A stretch of 64,000 bases of DNA from Candidatus Omnitrophota bacterium (GTDB lineage: Bacteria; Ratteibacteria; UBA8468; B48-G9; DTJG01). A program made the translations under genes and the position numbers. The stretch is from positions 1,418-65,417 of the forward strand of contig JAMWBU010000004.1 in the NCBI GenBank assembly GCA_023819255.1. The letters are read 5' to 3'. Of the stretch, positions 9,177 through 18,339 are shown one piece after another. The number at the start of each line of letters is the position of its first letter. The first letter of the stretch is position 1. The notes beneath the pieces are model-generated. The model did no database searches, was not told where the DNA came from, and saw nothing but the letters and a program-made list of their open reading frames with translations.

Positions 9177-10872
9177 TCTTGTTTTTTTGTTTCTGGTGTT
9201 ATTTTTCTGCGTGCCAGGTCGATCGGATGCCACACATGGGGGTTCTGTAGTAATCTCATCGTCTTCAATACCAAAATCATTTAATCCTGTCGTTGCGAAG
9301 GAAACAAGCACGACTTTCATAACAGGATTCATTTTTGAAGGTTTAACTGCCACAGATGGAATTACGCAGCAGGTCAAACCAAACCTTGCGATTTCATGGA
9401 ATATCGATAGTACAGGAAAAATATGGACTTTTTATTTGCGAAAGGATGTTTACTGGAATGATGGAATTCAGTTCACCGCGCGTGACGTAAAGTTCACTTT
9501 TGACCGGTTGATTTTCAATCCTGATATACCCACCAGCAGCAGAGATGTGCTTTCAATCGATGGCAAACCTATAAAGGTTGAGGTTGTTGAAAAATTTGCG
9601 GTAAGGTTTTACTTGCCAGAAAGATTTGCACCATTTTTGAGATTGATGGGACAGGAGATTCTTCCGGAACATAAATATAAACAGATTGTTGATAGAAAAG
9701 CGTTTTCTTTTTCTATGGGATTGGATTCGAAACCAGAAGACATAGTCGGCACAGGTCCTTTCATGCTTGAGGATTTCAGACCAGGGGAATGGGTTATTTT
9801 GAAAAAAAACAAAAGATACTGGAAGAAAGATTCTCAGGGCAATTCACTTCCGTATATTGATAGAATTATTATCCTTACGATCCCTGATCAGAATCTCGCG
9901 CTTTTGAAATTCAAAAAAGGCGAGCTTGATATGATTTCCTTGCGGCCGCAGGATTATCTATTGTTGATGAAAGATAAACCTGCGGATGTGAAGATTTTCA
10001 ATGTTGGGCCTTCTCTTGGTTCTGAATTTCTTGTATTCAATCAAAATCTTGACAGCAGTATTGCTGAATATAAGAAACAATGGTTCAGGAATGTTAAGTT
10101 TAGATGGGCGGTTTCCTGCGCCATTGACAGACAGACAATCATTGATAATATTTTTGCCGGGCTCGGTCATCCTTTATATGGTCCTGTGAACGAATCAGTG
10201 CCTGAATTTTATAATAACCGCATTAGAAAATTTCATTACGACCTGAGAAAAGCGGAAATGTATCTGGCTGAAGCAGGTTTCAAAAAAGGTAGTGATGGAT
10301 TGCTTTATGATAGAGATGGAAATCAGGTTTCCTTTTCTCTAATTACAAATAGCAACAACAGTCAGAGAATAGAACAGGCAAACCTTATAAGGACTGATCT
10401 TGAAAAACTTGGCATGAAAGTGAATTTCCTTCCTGTTGATTTCAATTCCCTTGTAACAAGGATTAACAGTACAAGAGATTGGGAGGCGGTATTACTTGGA
10501 CTCACAGGAAGCGTAGACCCGCATTTTGGGAAAAATGTCTGGGTTACAAGTGGGCATCTTCATCTGTGGAATCCTGGCTCGCCTTCGTCAGTTTATTCGT
10601 GGGAAAAAGAAATTGACAGTATTTTTCAACAGGCAGCAATGATCTTTGAGCCAGAAAAGAGGAAACAGCTTTACGACAGGTGGCAGGAAGTTTTTTGCGA
10701 AAACCAGCCCATGATTTTTACTGCTACATCTGATGTTATTTACGCGGTAAAGGATAAGTTCGGAAATCTTAAACCCACAGTTTATGGTGGACTTTTTCAT
10801 AACATAGAGGAAATTTATATTTTACCCATTGAATCGGGTTCCTCAAAAGCGAGGAAAAAGATCGGGAAATAA
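9151..10872 (+). CDS. ABC transporter substrate-binding protein, family 5 (peptide/oligosaccharide/nickel)
   Basis: Signal-like N-terminus, PKSFNP, PNLAISW, WNDGIQFTARDVKFTF, VGTGPF, LPYID. Start uncertain (9106-9151). Confidence 0.9.
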   Translation: MCRRHRKINLVFLFLVLFFCVPGRSDATHGGSVVISSSSIPKSFNPVVAKETSTTFITGFIFEGLTATDGITQQVKPNLAISWNIDSTGKIWTFYLRKDVYWNDGIQFTARDVKFTFDRLIFNPDIPTSSRDVLSIDGKPIKVEVVEKFAVRFYLPERFAPFLRLMGQEILPEHKYKQIVDRKAFSFSMGLDSKPEDIVGTGPFMLEDFRPGEWVILKKNKRYWKKDSQGNSLPYIDRIIILTIPDQNLALLKFKKGELDMISLRPQDYLLLMKDKPADVKIFNVGPSLGSEFLVFNQNLDSSIAEYKKQWFRNVKFRWAVSCAIDRQTIIDNIFAGLGHPLYGPVNESVPEFYNNRIRKFHYDLRKAEMYLAEAGFKKGSDGLLYDRDGNQVSFSLITNSNNSQRIEQANLIRTDLEKLGMKVNFLPVDFNSLVTRINSTRDWEAVLLGLTGSVDPHFGKNVWVTSGHLHLWNPGSPSSVYSWEKEIDSIFQQAAMIFEPEKRKQLYDRWQEVFCENQPMIFTATSDVIYAVKDKFGNLKPTVYGGLFHNIEEIYILPIESGSSKARKKIGK

Positions 10873-10876
10873 TCCT

Positions 10877-11389
10877 GTGCCGGTGCTGAGAATTGTGTAT
10901 CAGAAGAAACTTGTCGGACGATTTATTTCGGCAAATTACATTGGAAATATCTTTGAAAGATCTATGAGAAGATTGCAGGTTGATTTAGTTTTTTCTCAGG
11001 GCTTCAATCGGAGGGTCAGGATGAGTTTTGGCCCGCCACTTGCTGTTGGAATAGCAGGTAGAAACGAGATAGTCTACATTTATGTAAAAAACACAAATAT
11101 GTCCTGTCAGTTAATAAAGGAAAAACTGAATGAAATCCTTCCAGAAGGTTTAAAAGTTGTTGACTGTGAGTATTTTCAAGATAATAAGAAACCGCCTCTG
11201 ATCAAAAAGGCTATCTATCTTATAAAAATTTCAGAAGATAAGAAGTTTTTTCTTCCACAATCATGGAAGATTGTTTCGCTAAAAGACAATATTATGGAGA
11301 TAGAGATTTCGCTTGAAAAATTCAAACACAAAGAATTGTTTGATATATTCGGTCCTTCTGGTGTTATCGAGCGGTTTTTGATTTTTTGA
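10877..11389 (+). CDS. Radical SAM-linked protein (DUF2344 / TIGR03936-like)
   Basis: RFIS...FERSMRR...FSQGFN-x-R-x-RMSFGPPLAVG...E and LNEILPEGL. Start uncertain. Confidence 0.75.
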   Translation: MPVLRIVYQKKLVGRFISANYIGNIFERSMRRLQVDLVFSQGFNRRVRMSFGPPLAVGIAGRNEIVYIYVKNTNMSCQLIKEKLNEILPEGLKVVDCEYFQDNKKPPLIKKAIYLIKISEDKKFFLPQSWKIVSLKDNIMEIEISLEKFKHKELFDIFGPSGVIERFLIF

Positions 11390-11396
11390 TAAAAAT

Positions 11397-11405
11397 TGAT
11401 ATAAT
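11397..11405 (+). promoter_or_regulatory. Extended -10 promoter element (TGaTATAAT) for the sugar-acid operon
   Basis: tgatataat 11397-11405 with ttgatt at 11378-11383; AGGAG SD before TTG 11459. Confidence 0.5.
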
Positions 11406-11458
11406 TTTGAATAAACTGTTCAAACCGCAGATAATACTAATTTCAACAGGAGAATAAA

Positions 11459-12241
11459 TTGGCATTGAGATTTAGCATACCAAAAAGGGAAGGTTTTTAT
11501 AAGAAATTTGTTTCTTCGGACAATTCTGACATAAAGTTTATTTCATTCAGTTTTTTTCGCGGTAACTCAGGTCAGTCCATTGTGGAAAACACTGCTCGAG
11601 AAGAATGGTTATGGGTTATTCTTTCAGGAAAGATCAGCATTCAAATAAAAGGTGGCGAGAGTTTTATACTCGAGAGGAAAAGTGTTTTTGTTGATAGACC
11701 TGTTTCGCTATACCTTCCACCAGAGACAGAATATTCCATAAAAATTGAGGTTCTGTCAGAGGTACTGGCTGTTTCAGCTGTTGCAGACAGAAAGTTTTCA
11801 CCGGTTTTGATTTCTGGCAGGGATGTTAAGGTTCAAAGGGCAGGAAAACTTAATTACCAGCGAACAATATTTAATATAGTGCCTCAGGATTTCCCTGCAT
11901 CAAAGATTATCGCTGGAGAGACGATTCATGATAAAGGGCACTGGTCCTGTTTTCCACCGCATAAACATGATGTTGACATGATGCCTTATGAAAGTGAGCA
12001 CGAAGAGATATACTTTTTCAAATGCGAGCCAGAAAGCACGGGGTTTGGAATGATGCGCGTTTATGATGAAAAAAATGATGTTGCTTTTCCAATACTGACG
12101 AATGATGTCATAACGATTCCTGGTGGATATCACCCTGTGGCAGTTATTCCAGAACATACTCTTTATTATTTCTGGGTGCTTGCCGGCAGAAAAAGGCCTT
12201 TTCAACGCCATACGCATCCTGACTATTTACAATACGAATGA
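11459..12241 (+). CDS. iolB: 5-deoxy-glucuronate isomerase IolB / KduI-family cupin
   Basis: GHWSCFPPHKHD, EEIYFF and GYHPV motifs; YYFWVLAG. Confidence 0.85.
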   Translation: MALRFSIPKREGFYKKFVSSDNSDIKFISFSFFRGNSGQSIVENTAREEWLWVILSGKISIQIKGGESFILERKSVFVDRPVSLYLPPETEYSIKIEVLSEVLAVSAVADRKFSPVLISGRDVKVQRAGKLNYQRTIFNIVPQDFPASKIIAGETIHDKGHWSCFPPHKHDVDMMPYESEHEEIYFFKCEPESTGFGMMRVYDEKNDVAFPILTNDVITIPGGYHPVAVIPEHTLYYFWVLAGRKRPFQRHTHPDYLQYE

Positions 12242-12252
12242 AGGAGGAGAAA

Positions 12253-13080
12253 ATGGACAGAAAGATGATGGAACTTTTTTCTCTTGATGGAATGAATGCA
12301 GTCGTTACAGGCGGAGCCGGGGTGCTTGGATTAGGTATATGTCGAGGTCTTGCTCTGGCAGGCGCAAAGGTTGGTATTCTTGATATGAAAAATTTCGACC
12401 AGGCTGCGGAGCAACTTGTTTCAGAAGGGCTAAAAGCGGATGGTTTCTATATTGATGTGTTGAAAAAGGATGAGATTGTCTCCTGCGCTGAAAAGGTTAT
12501 TAAAAAATATGGAAGAATAGACATACTTGTCAATTGTGCTGGTGGAAATCTTAAAGAGGCAACAACATCCTCTGAATTGACTTTTTTTGATCTGCCACTT
12601 GCAGGACTTGAAAAGGTTATTGCACTTAATCTTTTTGGCGGTGCAATATTGCCATCGCAGGTTTTCGGAAAAGAGATGGTAAGAAATAAAGAAGGCGGCT
12701 CTATTATAAACATATCCTCAATGAATGCCTTCAGGCCTTTAACAAAGATTCCAGGTTATTCAGCCGCCAAAGCAGCTGTGAGCAATTTTACTCAATGGCT
12801 CGCTGTTCATTTTGCGATGGAATACAACAAACTGTTAAGGGTTAATGCAATCGCTCCGGGATTCTTTTTGACCCAGCAGAACCGTTATCTTCTTGTGGAT
12901 GAAAACAATAATTTGACCTCAAGGGGGCAGACAATTATCCAGCATACACCAGCGGGTAGATTTGGCGAACCAGAAGATTTGATAGGCGCCTGCATCTGGC
13001 TTGCTTCAAAGGCATCAAAATTTGTCACAGGGGTTGTTGTTCCTGTTGATGGGGGATTTAACGCTTATTCAGGGGTTTAA
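12253..13080 (+). CDS. SDR oxidoreductase, D-mannonate oxidoreductase / fructuronate reductase-like
   Basis: TGGAGVLG, LVNCAGGN, SSMNAFRPLTKIPGYSAAKAAVSNFTQWLAVH, RVNAIAPGFF, VDGGFNAYSGV, matching the SDR-type UxuB family. Confidence 0.85.
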   Translation: MDRKMMELFSLDGMNAVVTGGAGVLGLGICRGLALAGAKVGILDMKNFDQAAEQLVSEGLKADGFYIDVLKKDEIVSCAEKVIKKYGRIDILVNCAGGNLKEATTSSELTFFDLPLAGLEKVIALNLFGGAILPSQVFGKEMVRNKEGGSIINISSMNAFRPLTKIPGYSAAKAAVSNFTQWLAVHFAMEYNKLLRVNAIAPGFFLTQQNRYLLVDENNNLTSRGQTIIQHTPAGRFGEPEDLIGACIWLASKASKFVTGVVVPVDGGFNAYSGV

Positions 13081-13099
13081 TCTAAAAAAGGAGAGAGGA

Positions 13100-14587
13100 A
13101 TGGGAAAAGCGGATATTGCAGTAATCGGGATGGATGTTATGGGAAGGAGTCTTGCTCTCAATATGGAGAGCCGCGGTTACACTGTTGCTGTTTATAACAG
13201 GACAGCCGAGAAGACAAAAATATTCGCAGAGACAATGGCGAAAGGGAAAAACATCATTCCAACTTATGATCTCAAAGAACTTGTTGATGCGCTCAAAAGT
13301 CCAAAAAAAATTATGCTGATGGTCAAGGAGGGCCAGCCTGTTGACAGTTTTATTGAATCTCTTCTGGAATATTTGAAAACAGGCGACCTGATTATAGACG
13401 GTGGAAACTCTTTCTTTAAGGACACAATTCGCAGGAACAAAACACTTGCTGAGAAAGGTATTTTGTTCATTGGAACAGGTGTTTCCGGCGGTGAAGAGGG
13501 TGCGTTAAAGGGGCCAGCAATAATGCCTGGCGGACAGAAACAGGCCTATGACCTCATTGAGAAGATATTTAAGGACATTTCCGCAAAGGCATATGACGGA
13601 GAACCATGTGTTGATTATATGGGACCAGATGGAGCAGGCCATTTTGTCAAGACAATTCATAATGGAATTGAATATGGAGATATGCAACTTATCGGAGAGG
13701 TTGTGTGGTTTTTTACAAATGTCGGAATGAAAGCCGATGAAATCGCAGATATAATGGCAAAATGGAACGAAAAAGACGATATTTTACGCTCCTATCTAAT
13801 TGAAATAACAGCTGATAGCATGAAACAGAAACACCAGGATTCAGACGAATTTCTTGTTGACAGGGTCGCTGATATAACAAGGATGAAAGGAACAGGCACC
13901 TGGACAGTTCAGAGCGCCCTTGAATTGCTTGTGCCGATTCCAACCATTGCGGCTGCTGTTTTTTCCAGAGAAATGTCTCAGGACAAAGATCTACGGCTTT
14001 CTATGGCAAAGAAACTTAAAATTAGTTCGTCCAGATTCAATGGTGATAAAAAAGATATGGTGCAGATTGCGCATGACGCGCTTTACATTGCGAAAATTTC
14101 TTCATATGCGCAAGGTATTGCTCTTTTGCAGGCGGCTTCAAAGACATACAATTTTAATTTGAATATTGGAAGAATTGCGAAAGTGTGGAGAGCAGGATGC
14201 ATCATTCGAGCCCAATTCCTTGATGAAATCACAAAGGCATATGAATCTAATCCGGATCTGCCAAACTTGCTTGCGGCTCCAAAATTTGCAGATTTTGTTG
14301 AGAAAAACACAGGAAAGCTGGTGAGGTTTGTAGAGGTTGCTCATCAGTGTGGAGTGCCGGCTCTTGCAATGTCGGGTTCACTCGACTATATTTTGCAGAT
14401 AACATCGCCTGTTATGCCTTCTGCCCAGGTTTCTGCGCTTCAGCGAGATTATTTTGGCGCTCACGGATATTTTAAAATAGGCGGGACGAGCAAACCTGAA
14501 TTGATGTTGAATAAGGAAGGCAAAGTGAGGGAGTTTCACACCGAGTGGTTGCTTCCTGGAAGACCGGAAAAAGAAATAACAAAATAA
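13100..14587 (+). CDS. gnd: 6-phosphogluconate dehydrogenase, decarboxylating (NADP-type)
   Basis: VYNRT, IIDGGNS, GVSGGEEGA, HFVKTIHNGIEYGDMQ, KGTG, QRDYFGAH. Confidence 0.95.
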   Translation: MGKADIAVIGMDVMGRSLALNMESRGYTVAVYNRTAEKTKIFAETMAKGKNIIPTYDLKELVDALKSPKKIMLMVKEGQPVDSFIESLLEYLKTGDLIIDGGNSFFKDTIRRNKTLAEKGILFIGTGVSGGEEGALKGPAIMPGGQKQAYDLIEKIFKDISAKAYDGEPCVDYMGPDGAGHFVKTIHNGIEYGDMQLIGEVVWFFTNVGMKADEIADIMAKWNEKDDILRSYLIEITADSMKQKHQDSDEFLVDRVADITRMKGTGTWTVQSALELLVPIPTIAAAVFSREMSQDKDLRLSMAKKLKISSSRFNGDKKDMVQIAHDALYIAKISSYAQGIALLQAASKTYNFNLNIGRIAKVWRAGCIIRAQFLDEITKAYESNPDLPNLLAAPKFADFVEKNTGKLVRFVEVAHQCGVPALAMSGSLDYILQITSPVMPSAQVSALQRDYFGAHGYFKIGGTSKPELMLNKEGKVREFHTEWLLPGRPEKEITK

Positions 14588-14670
14588 ACTCTGGCTTGAA
14601 TCACGGGTTTTTGTTAATAGGCGTGCCTCGTGAATAACGTGGGCGTGATAAATTTTTAAGTCAGCAAACA

Positions 14671-15681
14671 ATGGAAGACTTTTTTTTACGGATAAAAGAA
14701 TTCAAAAAGACAAAAGATTATCTTGTCGCAATTGATACAGATGGTTGCGTCGTTGATAATATGAGTGGGAAACAGATTCTTGTTTTTCATCCTCTTTATA
14801 TGGAATTTTATGGATTATGGGATATTGAGTCGTATTTCAGAGAGGTTGCCGAATACTACAATCTTTTCTCAGTTCACAGGGGTTCCAATAGATTTATCGC
14901 TTTAAGGTTAATCCTGAATGTTCTCAAAAACCGAATGGATGCAGGCAGGGTTGTGAAAGAAAACAATTTGAAAATACCTGACTCTGGAATACTTGACGAT
15001 TTCATTGATTTTTGTGAGAAAAATAGTTATGGACTCAGTAATTCTTCTCTCAAGATGTTTGTTGATACAAGGTGTCTGGATTTAGCCGCTCAAAAGACTC
15101 TCGCCTGGAGCAGAGCGGTTAACGAAGTATTGCTGATTATAAACAAGAATTTTATGCCATTTGCGAATGTCAGAGAATCTCTTGAGATTATTAGCAGGGA
15201 AGCTGACATTGTTGTTGTTTCTCAGACGCCATACGATGATTTATTTGAATACTGGCGTTCATATGACATGATAAAATATTTGAAGATTATATGCGGGCAG
15301 GAAACCGGAAGCAAGGTTTTTCAGATTGAAATGCTGAAGAAAATCGGTGGCTATCCTGATGAAAATGTGCTGGTTATAGGAGACAGCTACGGCGATTTTG
15401 AAGCGGCAACAAAAAACAATGTGAAATTTTATCCGGTGGTTCCCGGAAAAGAAGAAAATGCGTGGAAAAAGATGCCTGATGCTTTTGAACTTTTTCTGGG
15501 CGGCAAATACACGGCTGAAAAGCAGAAATTTTTTCTTGAAGAATTTTTAAAAATTTTAAATTCTTCTCCGGCGTGGGAAAATCCAGAATATGACCACTCA
15601 GTTTCATACCGGGAAAAACAGGAACTTAGAAAATCTTTATATAAGAGATTTAACCCTTCAGGGAGATTATTGCTGCTATGA
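14671..15681 (+). CDS. HAD-superfamily hydrolase-like protein
   Basis: Motif I AIDTDGCVVD, motif II VVVSQT, Lys in GSK, motif IV IGDSYGD. Confidence 0.8.
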   Translation: MEDFFLRIKEFKKTKDYLVAIDTDGCVVDNMSGKQILVFHPLYMEFYGLWDIESYFREVAEYYNLFSVHRGSNRFIALRLILNVLKNRMDAGRVVKENNLKIPDSGILDDFIDFCEKNSYGLSNSSLKMFVDTRCLDLAAQKTLAWSRAVNEVLLIINKNFMPFANVRESLEIISREADIVVVSQTPYDDLFEYWRSYDMIKYLKIICGQETGSKVFQIEMLKKIGGYPDENVLVIGDSYGDFEAATKNNVKFYPVVPGKEENAWKKMPDAFELFLGGKYTAEKQKFFLEEFLKILNSSPAWENPEYDHSVSYREKQELRKSLYKRFNPSGRLLLL

Positions 15682-16964
15682 TTATAAAAGAAAAATGGCG
15701 CGTGGATAGTTCCCTGTCGAATACAGAATTTTCATCATTGTTGAATGAAGCGCTTGCCTTGAAATTTTTCGAAAAGCAAAAAATTTTGACGATTATTCCT
15801 GATGGAACGCGCTCGGGTCCCACAGGACTTCTTTTCAGAACAATACTCGATTCACTTTATGGCAGGGCAAGCAAGATTGATTTTATGATAGCGCTTGGCA
15901 CGCACCCAGCCATAGGTGAAAATCAACTTGAAAAACTTCTTGGAATAAGTTGTGCTGACTTGCAGAGCAAGTATCCGGAAACCGCTGTCTATCAACACTG
16001 CTGGGACGATTCTTATATCATCACAGAAATTGGCACGATAACCTCAAAAGAAATTTATGAAATTACAAAGGGATTGCTTGACGAAGATATTCCTGTAACG
16101 GTTAATCGAAACATACTTGATTATGATCAGATAATACTTGCAGGTCCTGTTTTTCCGCACGAAGTTGTTGGTTTTTCTGGCGGCTATAAGTATATTTTTC
16201 CAGGGGTTTCCGGCCCGCATTTTCTTCACAAGTTTCACTGGCTCGGTGCTTTGATTACCAATCCAAAAATAAATGGCACAAAGGATACACCTGTCAGAGA
16301 CGCGATAAATAAAGCGGTTTCCTTTATTAAGACGCCAATAACGCAAATATGCTATGTTGTGAAGGACAAGAATGTTTATGGGTTATATGTGGGTGATAAT
16401 CAGGCGTGGTCTCAGGCTGCGGATCTGTCGGCTCAACTTAATATCAAATATGTTAAAAATAGTTATAAAACTGTTTTATCCATGGCTCCTTTAATGTACG
16501 ATGACATCTGGACAGCCGGGAAGTGCATGTATAAATTAGAGCCTGTTGTTGCTGATGGTGGAACCTTGATCATTTATGCACCCCATATAACCGAGGTTTC
16601 ATACACTCATGGGAAATATATTGAACAGGTGGGATATCATACGCGCGACTATTTTGTGAAACAATGGGAAAAATTCAAGGATTTTCCCGGCGGGATTCTT
16701 GCTCATTCAACCCATGTTAAAGGAATAGGAACTTTCATAAATGGTAAAGAGAATCCAAGAATAAGTGTCTGCCTTGCCACAGGCATAACAAAACAAATGT
16801 GCGAAAAAATTAATCTTGGATATATCAATCCTGGCGCGATTGATATCAATGAGTTTATCAGAAAACCAGACACTCTTGTTGTGAGAGATGCAGGAGAAGT
16901 TCTTTTTAGATTGGAAAATGGAGATGTTCCGGATATTGATGAACTTTACAGGATACACAAATGA
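15678..16964 (+). CDS. LarA-family (nickel-pincer nucleotide) 2-hydroxyacid racemase/epimerase, probably acting on a sugar acid
   Basis: IIPDGTRS, IALGTH, VFPHEVVGFSGGYKYIFPG, FHWLG, DIWTAGK. Confidence 0.85.
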   Translation: MIIKEKWRVDSSLSNTEFSSLLNEALALKFFEKQKILTIIPDGTRSGPTGLLFRTILDSLYGRASKIDFMIALGTHPAIGENQLEKLLGISCADLQSKYPETAVYQHCWDDSYIITEIGTITSKEIYEITKGLLDEDIPVTVNRNILDYDQIILAGPVFPHEVVGFSGGYKYIFPGVSGPHFLHKFHWLGALITNPKINGTKDTPVRDAINKAVSFIKTPITQICYVVKDKNVYGLYVGDNQAWSQAADLSAQLNIKYVKNSYKTVLSMAPLMYDDIWTAGKCMYKLEPVVADGGTLIIYAPHITEVSYTHGKYIEQVGYHTRDYFVKQWEKFKDFPGGILAHSTHVKGIGTFINGKENPRISVCLATGITKQMCEKINLGYINPGAIDINEFIRKPDTLVVRDAGEVLFRLENGDVPDIDELYRIHK

Positions 16965-18325
16965 ACGAGTCATTCAGAAAGCGATATCCTGAATTCAAAG
17001 TTTTTAATAGTTCTATTAGAAGACATGGCGATAAGTATTACTTTGTAGCCGAAAGAGAAAGCAGGTTCTATCTTGTTACTGGCAAAGATTCTTTCAGTTT
17101 TTTTGAAAGAGAAAAAGCCCCTGAGATACTGAAGAAAAGTTTTCCTTTTCTTAAGCCCGCGTGCTCGGGTTGCAAGAATTCTTTTGGTTTTGGAGATAGA
17201 ACAGGATACGCTACAGCAGGTCATATTCGTGCTGCCAGAAAAAGCAATTTTTTCCCGATTTTTGCGCAACAATCGGCAAGAGAACTTGAAAGGACAGGCA
17301 GAAGTTTTCAGCAGGTTCTTGATGATGTGGTATTCTGGTGTTTTGCTGAAGGATGGTCGGATCCTTTCGGCGCAGACGCTGACCACGCAAAGAGTTTTGA
17401 AACCCTGCAGGAGGCAATTTCCGCAGGATATACCTTCTTCACCATTGACCCGTCGGATAAGATTAAGATTTTAGAAAAACAATTTGCCGGAGAAAGCCAT
17501 AAATATGGATTTTATCTCAAACAATATTCTGGAAAGAAAATTTCGATCAAGGGATTTTCTTTTGTTTTTACAGATGATATTATTATTGACCTTGTTTCCA
17601 CATATGGAGACGCTCTTGATTTTGTTCAGCAGTGTTATTTATTTATTTCAGATAAAAGAAAAGATTTTGATTTTGAGGTCTCTGTCGATGAAACAAAAAT
17701 TCCAACAAGCCCTTTTGCTCATGTGTTTGTTGCGATGGAACTTATAAGGAGAAAAATCAGTTTTCAGAGTCTGGCATTGCGTTTTCCGGGAAAATTTGAA
17801 AAGGGAATTGACTACAGGGGAGATATTAAAAATTTTACAGGGGATCTGATAGTTCATAACAACATAAGAAATTATTTTGGACCGTATAAAATTTCCCTGC
17901 ATTCTGGAAGCGATAAGTTCGCAGTATACAGAGAATTCAGGAATATTGTCGCAGATATGTTTCATGTGAAAACATCAGGAACATCATGGATTCAGGCGAT
18001 GAAGACAATTGCCGCGGTTGACAGGAACCTGTTTATTGAATGTATGGCTGTAGCGCTCAAAAATTTTGAAAAAAATTCTGCTTCCTATGAAATTTCTGCT
18101 GATATTTCAAGGATAAACATTGAAAAAATGCAAAGAGAAGATATTGAAAGCATGTTTTCTGACAGCAATATAAGGCAGCTGATTCATATCAGTTATGGAA
18201 GCATTACAGGAGTCGAGAGTCCGCAATTGAAGAACAGTTTTTTCTCTGTAATTGAAAAAAACCTTGAACTTTACACTCAATTTGTTGAAGAACATTTAAA
18301 CAGGCACATTACACTTTTATCATAA
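16961..18325 (+). CDS. uxaE: Tagaturonate/fructuronate epimerase
   Basis: SFGFGDR, FAQQSARE, FGADADH, FTIDPSD, EVSVDE, FEKGIDY, SLHSGSDKF, HVKTSGTSW. Confidence 0.88.
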   Translation: MNESFRKRYPEFKVFNSSIRRHGDKYYFVAERESRFYLVTGKDSFSFFEREKAPEILKKSFPFLKPACSGCKNSFGFGDRTGYATAGHIRAARKSNFFPIFAQQSARELERTGRSFQQVLDDVVFWCFAEGWSDPFGADADHAKSFETLQEAISAGYTFFTIDPSDKIKILEKQFAGESHKYGFYLKQYSGKKISIKGFSFVFTDDIIIDLVSTYGDALDFVQQCYLFISDKRKDFDFEVSVDETKIPTSPFAHVFVAMELIRRKISFQSLALRFPGKFEKGIDYRGDIKNFTGDLIVHNNIRNYFGPYKISLHSGSDKFAVYREFRNIVADMFHVKTSGTSWIQAMKTIAAVDRNLFIECMAVALKNFEKNSASYEISADISRINIEKMQREDIESMFSDSNIRQLIHISYGSITGVESPQLKNSFFSVIEKNLELYTQFVEEHLNRHITLLS

Positions 18326-18339
18326 AAAAAGGAGCCAGG

